Shown here piece by piece: positions 24,504 to 36,425 of a stretch of DNA of 53,628 nt. Each line of letters begins with the position of its first letter. Positions within the stretch are counted from its first letter, which is position 1. The position numbers and the translations under genes were made by a program. The notes under the pieces are model-generated. The model saw nothing but the letters and a program-made list of their open reading frames with translations. It searched no databases and had not been told where the DNA came from. This stretch comes from Prorocentrum cordatum (lineage: Eukaryota): assembly GCA_963575745.1 (NCBI GenBank), contig CAUYUJ010000307.1, forward strand, positions 62,001 through 115,628, in the 5' to 3' direction.

Positions 24504-25297
24504 CTGATGCTGATGATGATGATGATGCTGATGCTGATGGTGATGGTGATGATGATGATGATGTTGATGATGCTGCTGATGATGACGATCTTGATGCTGA
24601 TGATGCTGCTGATGATGATGATTAGGATGATGCTGATGATACTGATGATGCTGATGATGACGATGATGATGATGCTGATGACGATGATGGTGTTGCTGAT
24701 GATGATGCTGATGCTGATGCTGTACCTGCTGCTGATGATGCTGATGCCGATGATGATGCTGATGATGATGCTGATGGTGATGATGCTTAGGATGTTGCTG
24801 ATGATGATGCTGACGATTATGATGATGATGTCGCTGATGATGCTGATGATGGTTGGGGTGGTGGTGATGCTGCTGCTGATGATGATGAAGGCGATGATGT
24901 TGGTGAAGATGACGATGCTGATGGTGATGGTGATGCTGATGATGACGATGATGATGATGATGATGCTGCTGCGGATGCTGATGATGATGCTGATGATGCT
25001 GATGATGACGCTGATGATGATGATGCTGATGACAATGATGATGACGACGATGGCGATGACGATGATGATGACGATGATGATGCTGATGATGATGATGCTG
25101 ATAATGCTGACGACGATCATGATGATGATGATGTTGTTGATGTGATGATGAGGATGATGTTGATGATGGTGATGTTGACGATGATGATGGTGATGCTGAT
25201 GATGCAGATTATGATGATGCTGATGATGATGACGATGCTGATGATGATGATGATGATGATAATGCTGATGATGATGCTGATGCTGATGCTGATGAAC

Positions 25298-25342
<45 letters not shown>

Positions 25343-25351
25343 ATGATGATG

Positions 25352-25394
<43 letters not shown>
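21272..25394. repeat. ~4.1 kb compound (GAT/GCT)n and (GAG)n microsatellite
   Basis: Directly visible; the poly-D/M/E/R ORFs in the track are by-products. Confidence 0.98.
22020..22192. other. ~170-bp unique island in the GAT tract, flanked by GATACT; possible solo remnant of a YR element
   Basis: GATGA|TACTCAG...CTAGATAC|TGATGAT. These ends resemble those of the 25395-31843 element (GATGA|TACTAG...CAGATGC|TGA). Confidence 0.4.
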
Positions 25395-25395
<1 letters not shown>

Positions 25396-25452
25396 ACTAG
25401 TGCGCGCACGTCTTGCGTCAGCCGATGTTGTTCTCCGCAGCGTGTGTTGCTC
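25395..25452 (+). repeat. Split direct repeat A1 (58 bp)
   Basis: TACTAGTGCGCGCACGTCTTGCGTCAGCCGAT...GTGTTGCTC; 2 mismatches to 31545-31602. Confidence 0.97.
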
Positions 25453-25469
25453 AAAGGGAGGGCTCCCTG

Positions 25470-25881
25470 GATGCATATGCAGGTGGACCCTCTGCTGCTA
25501 TACACACTCACACGTGACTCTCTGTCGGGAGTGCACCATCTCTTTTCGCAGCCTCAGGTTGAGGAGGCGTGTCCACCGTGTGTCTGCCAGTGCGTCGCGT
25601 CAGGCGAGGCGAGTGGAGAGTGCGCCGCACTCGAGCGCCTGGTCTCCCAGCAGCTGCAAGGTCCAACGACCAGCACAGCGCGCTACGAGTTCAATTTCGT
25701 GCTGCACGCCGGCTTCATCGCAGTGGCCTTCGTAGTGGGAGCTCTCCTAGGTCGTGGCTGCTCGTTTCGGAGTTCCAAGCGAGTGGTCAGCCTGACCGAT
25801 GGCGCAGCTAGTGGCGGCAGCAGGGCAGGCAGGAGCGGTGGGGGCGGCGGCGGTGTCATCGTCGTTGGCCCCGGGGCGTAA
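25470..25881 (+). CDS. Small 5' ORF with CPPCVCQC motif and one hydrophobic, membrane-spanning-like segment
   Basis: EEACPPCVCQC...FVLHAGFIAVAFVVGALLG; overlaps the start of the gag-like ORF in another frame. Confidence 0.5.
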
Positions 25882-26993
25882 GGTGCTTGTGCGTTACGAC
25901 GATGACCTCTGGCACGTTCGCATCCTGCTCGCGCGTGTTGAGGACACACGGTGGATCATATATACACCTGATAGCGACCTGTATGAGGAGGACTACGGCC
26001 CGAACAACGGCGACATCACAGGTGTGCGGGCTTTCAAGGCGGACGGCAGCATCCCGGCGAGCCTGCAGGGTGCCAACATTTATAATTTCAGAGCCGGTGC
26101 CGAACCTGATCAGGCCGCGCTGCGTGGGCTGATGGAGGAGGCGCAGGATCGGGTGGCACTGGCCGGCCGCGGAGTGGCTCCGCCAGGGGCCGAGCCTGAG
26201 GTCTGGCTGTTCGCGGAGTCGAATGCGATGTTCTCGGTCGGAGACGAGTGCCCAGGGCAGCCAGAGGTGTTTGTGGAGAAGCGCGGCCTCGCTCGCGCTG
26301 GGCTGGATGTGCTCATGGTCGAGAAGGTGGCGAGGAATCAGGTTGAGCAGTGGAAGACGGCCCACGCCGCCTCCAGCGATGCGCGGGTGCTGCCGGTGGG
26401 GGCGGCTGCGCAGCTGGGCGGACGTGGCCGAGAGCGTGAATGAGAGTGCGATCGACCACTGGCCCGTGAAGGGGCCAAGGACAGCGCAGTGGGTGGCCCG
26501 CTTCATGTCCCGGCGCAACACAGGGCCAGAGGGCCACCACCGCTGGTGGAGGTCGACTGCTCGACTCAACGCCTCAGACTGGGGTGTGGCCGAGCACGGC
26601 CAGCTGTGCTCGTACCTGGAGGCGGCGGGGAGCGTGGGCCAGCTCGACCTGTCGAATTTGGTGGTGATGGAGAAGATCGCACGCCGACTCCAGACAATAG
26701 AGTACCAGTACGCGGAGAAGGTTCGGGAGGGCGAGCGCGGCGGCACCGCCGGCGCGTCTTCCGCCGTCGCCGGCTCGGCCGTCATCACGAATGACGAGAT
26801 GGACCTGTTCGAGGGACGGGGGCATGTCAATCCTACGGTGTGCTGCGCCCCGACGCTCATTGAGCACGTGAGTAAGGAGTTAGAGAAGGAATCGCAGATC
26901 CAGAAGCAAGCCAGAAAAGCACGAGAAGAAAGAGCCCTCCTTCGTCAGCCCCCAGGCGGAGGTGGTCGTGGCCGTGGGGGCGGCGGGCAATGA
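25799..26993 (+). pseudogene. gag-like ORF1 of YR retrotransposon (frameshift near 26400)
   Basis: VLVRYDDDLWHVRILL...YTPDSDLYEEDY; then WPVKGPRTAQW...GQLDLSNL...EKIARRLQTIE...APTLIEHVSKELEKESQIQKQARKAREER; lies upstream of RT. Confidence 0.75.
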
Positions 26994-29185
26994 GCACACG
27001 CGTGGCCGTCGGAGACGGCCTCCTCCGACGGCCAGCAGCGCAGGCAGGCCATTCATCGCTCGCAGGAGCGACCAATTCGAGTGCAAAGTCGAGTCGGCTA
27101 CTTTCGTCGACTGAGCCTCGGCCATTTTTAAAGAATCGGGTAAAAGCATCGGGGTCAGACCCCTCGATCTGTGCGACTAGGCGGCCTCCAGGGCTGAGCA
27201 GTCTCCCAGTCCCTTCTGAGCAGTGGTTGAATAGGCTTAGTCGCAGCGCCGCCTCCGTCCTTACGAAAATGTACCTGGGTGGTGCTCCGTGCTGTCCTGC
27301 TGGTGCTGCTTCGTCTCTGGGCGAGGGCAGCATGGGGCACCTCCGGGGACGTTGCAGTAGGATGGGTACCCCCCCCCGCTGAGGTTCAGCCGGCCGAGGC
27401 TTTTTCGAGCATCAGCGGGGGGTGTGACTACTCTGGCGAGAGTTCGCCAGCAGTTCCCCTGGACGAGTCTCTGCTGTCGCTTAGGCCAGCAGGGACGGCC
27501 CCAACTGATAGATGTCATCTCTTGGGCCCCAAAGGTCGCGAGGAAGTCCAGGAGTGGATGAGCGAGCATGTGCTACCAAACTCGGTGGGCATGCGCAGTT
27601 TTGAGGTGAGCAAGATGAAGATTTATCATGACCCTGGTCTGCGCAAGTCAATGCGCAGATATGCACGCGTGCTTCAGATGCTGCATGACAGGAACATGGT
27701 TGAGTTTGTGTGCGAGGAAGGTGATGCTTGCGTAGGACTTTTTACTGTGCGCAAGAAAAGCGGTGCCCAGCGCCTGATTGCCGACTGTCGGCAGTCCAAT
27801 TGCTTTTTCACGAGTAGTGATCACGTCGAGCTGCCCACGTCGGGCGCCCTGTCCAGGTTACGGCTCGAGGCCGGAGAGCAGCTGTATGTAGGTCAGTACG
27901 ACTAAAAGGATGCTTTCTTTCAGTTTGGAACACCCCCCGAGTTGCGGAGATTTTTCCATTTGCCCCCCATCAAGGCAAAGTGGATGAAGCAGCTGCTCCC
28001 CGACATTCTGAGCACTGGAGGGATTGTGCGACCTCGGCTTACTGTTATGCCAATGGGCTGGGTCCACGCGCTGTACTGGTGCCAGACAATGCACGAAAGG
28101 ATTTTGAGCCAAGCGTTTCCAGGCTCTCATCTTCTACAGGATCATCGGCCAGTTGGTGATCTGAAAAATGGGTGCGTGTCTGTATATGTGGACAACGTGG
28201 GCGTCTTCTCGAGCTCCCCTGAGGTTTGTCGTGATCTCACTCAGCGATCCCTGGAGGCTGTTCGAGGTGCCGGTTTAGAGGCTCGCGAGGTCGATGTTGT
28301 CGGAGTTGGGGGAGATCTGCTGGGGCTCAGTGTCTCGGGAGACGGTCGGATCTTGCCACGGCATGAACGGAGGTGGAAGGTGTGGATGGCTTTGGAGTTC
28401 CTCTTGAGGCGCCGTCGTTGCTCTGGTGGGACGCTCCGGAAGATCCTGGGACACATCGCCCATCAGGCAATGCTCCGCCGGGAGTTGCTGTCATGTTTTC
28501 GAGCCGTGTATATATATTCATAGAGAAGAACCCCGATAGCCCCTCCAAGTTGTGGCCCGCGGTGCTGAGAGATCTCCGGTGGGCTCAGGCGTTGCTTCCG
28601 CTGCTTGAGTGCGACCTTGCCAAGCCGTGGGGACCGAGGGCCTATACGTGTGATGCGTCACCGCGGGGTCTTGGGATATGTGCGGCACGGCCGCTTACTG
28701 AGGTGTTGGACGAGGCCAGCAGGTATTCAGATCGGTGGCATTTCTTGGGCGGAGGTCGTGCTAATCCTCGGGCTGTACTGGAAGAAGGGGATGATGATGG
28801 CGCTGGGGCACCTGAAGGTTCCTTGCGAGGAGTGCCTCCTGTCCCTGGGCTTCCACACTAGCTTGCTGCATGCTAAGTGGCATGCGGTCAGTAGTAAGGC
28901 TTGGGAGCGTAGCGAACACATCACCTGTCTTGAAGGTCGAGCTCTGGTGGGAGTCCTCAGGAGGGTTGCAAAAACTCGCGAGTACGTCCAGAAGCGGGTC
29001 CTCATTCTCACGGACTCCATGGGTGCGTTGCTTTCGGCTCAAAAGGGGAGATCGAGCGCGCCTGGGCAGTGTCGCGTCGCCCGCAAGCTGGCCTCCCTCC
29101 TTCTGCTGTGGGACATCCAGCTCTGTCTGCGATGGGTGCCCAGCGAGAGGAACGTGGCTGACGGGCCCTCCCGCCGAGGGTTGCG
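26990..29185 (+). pseudogene. Reverse transcriptase-RNase H (DIRS type)
   Basis: GLFTVRKKSGAQRLIADCRQSN, QYD*KDAFFQ (TAA 27903-27905), MPMGWVHA, YVDN; RNase H DAS, HITCLEGRA, LTDS, WVPSERNVADGPSR; frameshifts at ~27375, ~28515 and ~28850. Confidence 0.93.
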
Positions 29186-29187
29186 GC

Positions 29188-30526
29188 ATGCTGGTGCGGC
29201 GACCGCTGGAGGCAAGTTCCGCCGTGGCTGGGGCAGCGCGCGAGGAGAGAGTGCTCTCTCGGAGTGGCGACGCCGGGCGCAGTCTGGCCCGTCAGGCGCC
29301 GGCCCTGCCAGAGCTGCCGCCGGGTGCGGTTCGCCCCCGCCCCCCAGCGGGAGGGTTGACCTTGGCCGCGCCGGCGACGGCGCCAGCCGAAGATCCTCGC
29401 CTGCCGCGACGGCGCCTGGTCTTTGCCACAGCACCGGAGCATGTGCGTCGGCGAGTTCGGCGACGGCAGGATGCTCACGGCGCGGTGCGGGCCTTGCCGG
29501 GCCGGACGGTGCTGGAGACGGTGGCGGTGCGAGCGCCGACGAGGCGATCGTACCTCCGCCGGCTGGCGGGGCTGGCGCGGCGCTCGGGGATGGTGATCGC
29601 GCAGAACGTGACGGGCGTGGAGCTGGACCGGGCGCAGGATCGCATTATTCGCTTCCTCGGCCAGATGAGCGCGGTGAGCCTGGACGCGGCGGTGGCGGAG
29701 CACCTCAACGAGGAGTTCTTCGAGGGCACGACGGGGGGCGAGGGCGGACGGTTGCTGGCGGCGCTGTCCTGGGCCTTCGCTTCCGTGGGCAAGCAGGTGT
29801 GCAACCTCCCTCGGGCGCGGACATGTTCCTCGGCGTTGCGCCGACTTGCTCCGGGCGAGTCGAGGCTGCCAGTGCCCGAGAGCCTCCTCTTTGTGGTGGC
29901 GAACGAGCTAATCGCACAGGGGAAGTTGCAGCAAGGTGTAGCGGTCTTGGCGGCACATCACTGCTACCTTCGCCCCGGCGAGCTGTCCCGCACCACGTGG
30001 GGGGTGGTCCGCCCGCCAGTCAGTGCGAGTGGGCCCGGGGCCGCAGTCACCGTCGCGCCACATCCTTTCGAGTTCGGCGTGAGCTCCAAGGTGGGGGAGT
30101 TCGACGAGACAGTGAGGGTGGACTGGCCACCTCTTGCTACGGCGCTCCTTCGGCTTCGACGGATCCGCCCAGCAAACGAGCGCCTGGCAGGGATCGGCCC
30201 TCGGCGAGAGCGTGGCGCAGATCATCCGCGGGTTCGGCCTCGAGGAGGCGATCGGCGAGTTCATGATGCATCGTCTCCGTCACTCAGGGCCAAGCGCCGA
30301 TTTCCTGGCAGGTCGCAGGACGATCGCGGAGATCAAGCATCGCGGCAGGTGGTCCTCAGACAGCAGTGTGAGAAGATATCAAAAGGGAGGCCGTATCAAC
30401 GAGCTCCTAAGTCGGTGTTCTACTCAGGTGAAAGAATTCGCCGCCAGGTGTTTGGAGGCTGTGCCGAGGATCCTGCAGAGTGCGGCCGCGCCGCTGCAGG
30501 CTCCAGCCGGCCTACGCGTACGTTGA
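29188..30526 (+). pseudogene. Tyrosine recombinase (frameshift near 30185)
   Basis: Catalytic set YLRPGE (R at 29971), SKVGEFD, HRLRHSG, RGRW, SVRRY. Confidence 0.93.
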
Positions 30527-31325
30527 TCGCGCCCTTCTTTTTAGAGATCTTTGCAGGCACGGCTCGCGTGTCCAGGGAGATGTCTCGGCTTGGCTTCCTG
30601 GCGATCGCTATCGATGCTCGGTTCGACGTGAGGCATGATATGTGTAAGAGATCCTTGATGAGGATTATTAGAGGCTGGATCAAGTCAGGTTTCGTCATAG
30701 GCATTCACTTCGGCACGCCGTGTATTTCATGGTCTCGTGCTCGCACCAGGCCCAATGGCCCTCAGCCACTTAGAAGCGGTGAACACATTCTTGGGCTGCC
30801 TGTTTTGCGAAACGAGGGAGAGCGCTGGAAGATTGACATGGGAAACACTACCATGAAACAAACGCTGTGAGCATCGCGTCAGTGGCGTCTCTGCACATGG
30901 TCCCGTTCTGTATCGAGAACCCTTACTTATCCTTTATTTGGGACGCGCCTCAGATGCTGCACTTACGACGACGTCGAACTACACGTGAAGTCCGAACTGA
31001 TTTCTGTCAATGGGGAGTCCCTTGGATGAAGCCAACTAGGTTAGTCTGTAGTTATCTGCCTGTTGAATCCTTGGGCCGTAGGTGTAAACTCTGCAGGGGA
31101 AGGTGTTCCAGAACTAACAAACCACATGTTTCCCTAACGGGCAAGAGCAGTAATGGAATATTTAAAACCCGCGTGGCCGAGGAATATCCAAAGTGCTTTT
31201 CCCGGGCCCTAGCCAATGCTTTCGCTAACGGTTTAAAGAACCTGACGGCCACCTCTTTTTTTCTGCAGTTTTGTAGCGAGTGTGTATCCAGGGAGAAGTC
31301 CCACCACCACCCTTCTCCTCCATGA
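30524..31325 (+). pseudogene. Divergent C5 cytosine methyltransferase-like domain (frameshift near 30868)
   Basis: FLEIFAGTA (I), AID (II), HD (III), GTPCISWS (IV), IENP (VI), DFCQWGVPWMKPT (VIII-like), TRVAEEYPKCFSRALA (X-like). Confidence 0.8.
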
Positions 31326-31344
31326 TAGAACGGTTTGCACGTGT

Positions 31345-31544
31345 GGAGCGGAGCTGCGCTTCAGAATTCTGTGATGTTGTCGAGCAGCACCCTGAAAAGG
31401 TGCTGGTGCACAGCGCTTGAGATCGGTACAACTGTCTGCGCTGCCCAAGATGTAAAAAGGTCTGGTTGCCGTGCTCGTGCTCCCTCGGGTCTCGGCGGCT
31501 CTCCCAAAGCACGCAGGTGTCTCACACGCCCCGAAGGCAGATGC
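31345..31544 (+). repeat. Split direct repeat B1 (200 bp)
   Basis: GGAGCGGAGCTGCGCTTCAGAATTC...GCAGATGC; near-identical to 31644-31843. Confidence 0.97.
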
Positions 31545-31602
31545 TACTAGTGCGCGCACGTCTTGCGTCAGCCGATCTTGCTCTCCGCAGCGTGTGTTGC
31601 TC
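31545..31602 (+). repeat. Split direct repeat A2
   Basis: Copy of 25395-25452, directly abutting B1. Confidence 0.97.
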
Positions 31603-31643
31603 CCGCCCACCTCCCTTGTCACACTTTTACTTCTTTACCTTGC

Positions 31644-31843
31644 GGAGCGGAGCTGCGCTTCAGAATTCTGTGATGTTGTCGAGCAGCACCCTGAAAAGGT
31701 GCTGCTGCACAGCGCTTGAGATCGGTACAACTGTCTGCGCTGCCCAAGATGTAAAAAGGTCTAGCTGCCGTGCTCGTGCTCCCTCGGGTCTCGGCGGCTC
31801 TTCCAAAGCAGGCAGGTGTCTCACACGCCCCGAATGCAGATGC
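31644..31843 (+). repeat. Split direct repeat B2 (element 3' end)
   Basis: Copy of B1, followed by TGAGTATGATGATGAT. Confidence 0.97.
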
Positions 31844-32922
<1,079 letters not shown>

Positions 32923-35357
32923 TGAGGATCGAGGGGGACGAATCGGCCTCCCCACGCTTGCCCCCCCACTCGCTCCCCACGAGGCATCGGAGGACCAGAG
33001 GAAGTCCAAGATCCACCAGCGATGCTGCATAATGCCAGTCTGTCCCAAGGTCCCCTCGTCACCAGCCCCTGCAAGTTTTCTTCCCTGCGGAAGATGCCCC
33101 CTTGAAGGACAGGAGCGCCCCATGGTCTTGCACTTCAGGCGAGAGCCCCACTTTGGAGAAGGAGTTGCCGTCCATGCCTCTTGTCTGCGAGGACGGAGGC
33201 GCGGTAAGATCCGACACTTCCAAAGAGAAACGCTTGCAGCGAGAGCGCTAAACAGACAGAGAATCGCCCTCGACCCGTGCAGTTCTGTCCACTGTTATCT
33301 CACTTCTGGCCCGAAAGCCACAAAAGGTTTCGATCGAGACCCCCGATTCGAAACTCACCAGAGAAGAAAGAACTACCACCACCAGCTAGGGGGGCTGACC
33401 GCTCCCTCTCCCCGAGCTGGCGGTACCCCGCTCCGGGCGCGCCCCCACAGGGTGCCCAGAACGGAGTTTCACCGGCTCTGGGTGGTGGTGGTTCTTGGCG
33501 ACGGAGTTCTATGGAGTTCTGGTGGTAGTGGCTCGTGCGCGGCGCGAAGGCGAGAGACACATGATGAGGAGACGCCGCCCTCCATCCGTATAACTGTCGG
33601 GAGCGTTATATGACGAGTAGGCGTGGCGTTACGGCGAGAGCAAAAGTTTGAACGCGACCCCCCTCCATCCTTGCAGCATTCGGAAGCTGTTGGGCAAAAA
33701 GCGCGGCGCTAACGGAGAGTCACATTTTGAAAACGATCCCCCCCTCGATCCGCGCAGCTGTTCCAGTTTTCTTTCAGTAAAAAATGACGAATGTGCCTGG
33801 CGATCATGCGAGAGCCACATTTCCCTGTAGCAGTCAAAGCATAGGAAAATAAGATGTGCGGCGCCAGTGCGAGCGGCACAGTTCATGAACGACTCCCTCC
33901 GTCGATGTCGCAGTTGGAGTCTTCCAAGGCGAATGTGCGCGCCACGTTCTGAAGACGGTCCCCTCCATCCATGCCACCGGCGGAAATTTCCAGCTTCGGG
34001 GGCCTCGGGCGGGGAGGAAGGCTCCGACGAAATGCCCCGTCCGCGCTGCGGACACGCCGGGGGGTCCGACGAGGAAGGGCCAACCTCGACTACCCGTGGG
34101 AGTGACTCTTCGCCGGAGTAACCTTTGGTGCTCGCCGCTTAGGACCCCCCGATGGCCGATTGCGGTACGATGGTAGCGTCTTGTCTGCCTGTGTTTGGTC
34201 CCCCCGCGGCACTCAACGAGCCGCGCACGAAAGGTCACTCTTAGCCAGGGTCACTCTTGCGGGCAGTCGATAACCTTCGAGGGCAAAGCTGCCTCCCCAC
34301 CCCCCGCTGTTTTTGGAAGAGTCTCCCGCGGTTCTGGCCTTCCCCCTCCGCCTGGTGCTCTCCCGCCCAGCCCCCAGGGAGGAGGGGAGGAGAGGTGTCA
34401 CGCCCGCGCCCACGCCCACGCCCGCGCCCGCGCCCGCAGCCACGCCCACGCCCCTGAGAGAAAGGTGTTCCTGGAGGCCCCCGTCGGTTTCGGCCCCCCG
34501 GGGCCCTCCCCCGGGCCTCCCAGGGACCGTCCCAAGCGGCTCGGCTCGGGGGCGAAGAAGCGGGTGGCGGGGGAAGCCGTGGCGTCCAGGCGTCGTTTGC
34601 TTCAGACCCCTTGCAGTCATGCCCGTGCCAAAATTCTGCGCGTAAGTTGGGCCATGTCCCTCTGCAGGAGAGAGATTCAAGAATATTGAAAATAGCCAGG
34701 TGACCATTTTTCGTGCTCTTGTGTCACGGTTCTTGATTACGCATCGCTTCGCTCATTCCGACGGCCCGTATTGTGCCGTCGTATGCGTTTCCTGCGCGTT
34801 CGTGGCCTCTTGGTGCCATTAGGGGGCTTCCTGGGGCCTCTTTTTGGGCCTCTTGGGAGCCTCGTGGGGCCTCCAGGGGCGTGTTTCTTAATCCCTTGGG
34901 GGCACAATGGGCACTATAGCCCCCGGGCCCCTCCCCCCCCTATAGCGTAACGCCCCTCCCCCGGCACTGCCGCCGTGCGGTTCCGGGCGCTGCCGCCGTG
35001 CGCATCGGGATCCGCATCGGTGTCCGCCTAGGAATCCGCACAGGAGCCTGGCCCGCATTGGTCCGACAGCGGGGAATGGTGAAGGAGGAGGAGGAGGAGG
35101 AGGAGGAGAAGGAGGAGGAGGAGGAGGAGGCGGAGGGGGAGGAGGGGGAGGGGGGGGGGAGGGAGGAGGAAGGAGGAGGAGGAGGAGGAGGAGGGAGGAG
35201 GAGGAGGAGGAGGAGGAGGAGGAGGAGGGGGAGGAGGGAGGAGGATGTGGCGGAGGAGGGACGGAGAGAAGAACGTCGCATTCTATTCTCAACACTTCCC
35301 TGGCGTGGCGTTAGCTGTCCGCAGCAGATCCTCACCTACATGCTCGTTCTACCTGTC

Positions 35358-35880
35358 TTGTGCACGCAGGCACTGGTGTACACTAGCGATGCGTGCACGC
35401 GGATGCTGTGGTGTAGAAAGGCGCTGTGGTGTGCACAGGCGCTGCGGTGCACGCAAGCATTGTGGTGTACACAGGCGTTGCGTTGCACATACTTGCTGCG
35501 GTGTTGCACATTCGCTGTGGTGTACACCGGCGCTGTGGTGCACGCGAACATTGTGGTGTACACAGGCGCTGCGTCGCACACGTCTGTCGCGGTGTACGCA
35601 GGCACTGGGGTGTACATGCGAGTTGTGGTGCACGCGAGCATAGTGGTGTACGCAGGCGCTGTGTTGCACATGGTTGTTGCGGTGTTGCACTCGCTGTGGT
35701 GTACACCGGCGCTGTGGTGCACGCAAGCACTGAGGCGTACATTGGCGCTATGGTGCACGCAAGCATTGTGGTGTACACAGGCGTTGCGTCGCACACGGCT
35801 GTTGCGGTGTACGCAGGCGCTGTGGTGTACACGAGCGCTGTGGTGCACGCGAGCATTGTGGTGTACACAGGCGCTGTGGG
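35358..35880. repeat. 18-bp minisatellite (GCGCTGTGGTGTACACAG / GCATTGTGGTGCACGCAA variants), about 29 units
   Basis: Direct tandem periodicity; translates as repeating ALWCTQ hexapeptides. Confidence 0.93.
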
Positions 35881-35913
35881 GCAGGTCGCCACCTACATGT
35901 TGCTCGTGTCGTT

Positions 35914-35948
<35 letters not shown>

Positions 35949-36104
35949 TGCTCGTCGCTCGTCGCTCGTCGCTCATCGTCGTCGTGCGCACGGGCGCGGC
36001 TGTGGTGCCGGAGCCACACGGCGGGGAGGGGGGGCGTTACATTATATTCCCCGCCCCCCCCCCCGCCCCAATAATGCTCACTATCGTCGAAAATGAGGAA
36101 ACGC

Positions 36105-36425
36105 GCTCCAGGGGGCTTCCTTGGGGCCTCCGAGGGGCATCTCGGGGAAAACGGCTTGAATTGGTGGTTCGTGTTCCCCCTCTTGGGGCCCTCTTGGGCG
36201 ATCTTGGGCGTCTCTGGGGCCGTTTCGGGGCCCTCTTGGTCTGTCTTAGGGCTTTCTTGCATGGGGGCCTGTCGGGCCGTCTTGGGGGCGGTCTTGGAAA
36301 TCTCCGGGGCCATCTGGGAGCGTCGGAAGCCCGAAAACGCGAGAACGCGAAAAAACCATAGAAACACCCAAAGAGAAAATCTGATGTTTGCCTAGTGGGG
36401 CTCTCTTGGGAGGCCTCTTGGGGGC
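36105..36425. repeat. Dispersed GGGCCNTCTTG-type repeat
   Basis: Same vocabulary as 14165-14720. Confidence 0.7.

Larger units (their letters stand above)
25395..31843 (+). mobile_element. Full-length tyrosine-recombinase retrotransposon (DIRS order, split direct repeats as in Ngaro/PAT) with C5-MTase-like ORF; disabled by frameshifts and a stop
   Basis: A1...B1-A2-spacer-B2 termini, with gag-like, RT, RNase H, YR and MTase-like coding regions in order; inserted in (GAT)n. Confidence 0.95.

Noticed and set aside
21212..25400. Long poly-Asp/Met/Glu/Ile/His ORFs
   Set aside because: Translation by-products of (GAT)n and (GAG)n repeats; the same applies to 31816-33074 and 17803-19396.
32925..34700. 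Possible decayed retroelement or gene fragment (minus strand, e.g. TFALEDSNCDID, CFDCYREMW)
   Set aside because: No diagnostic motif; frames are short and broken, so no call is supportable.
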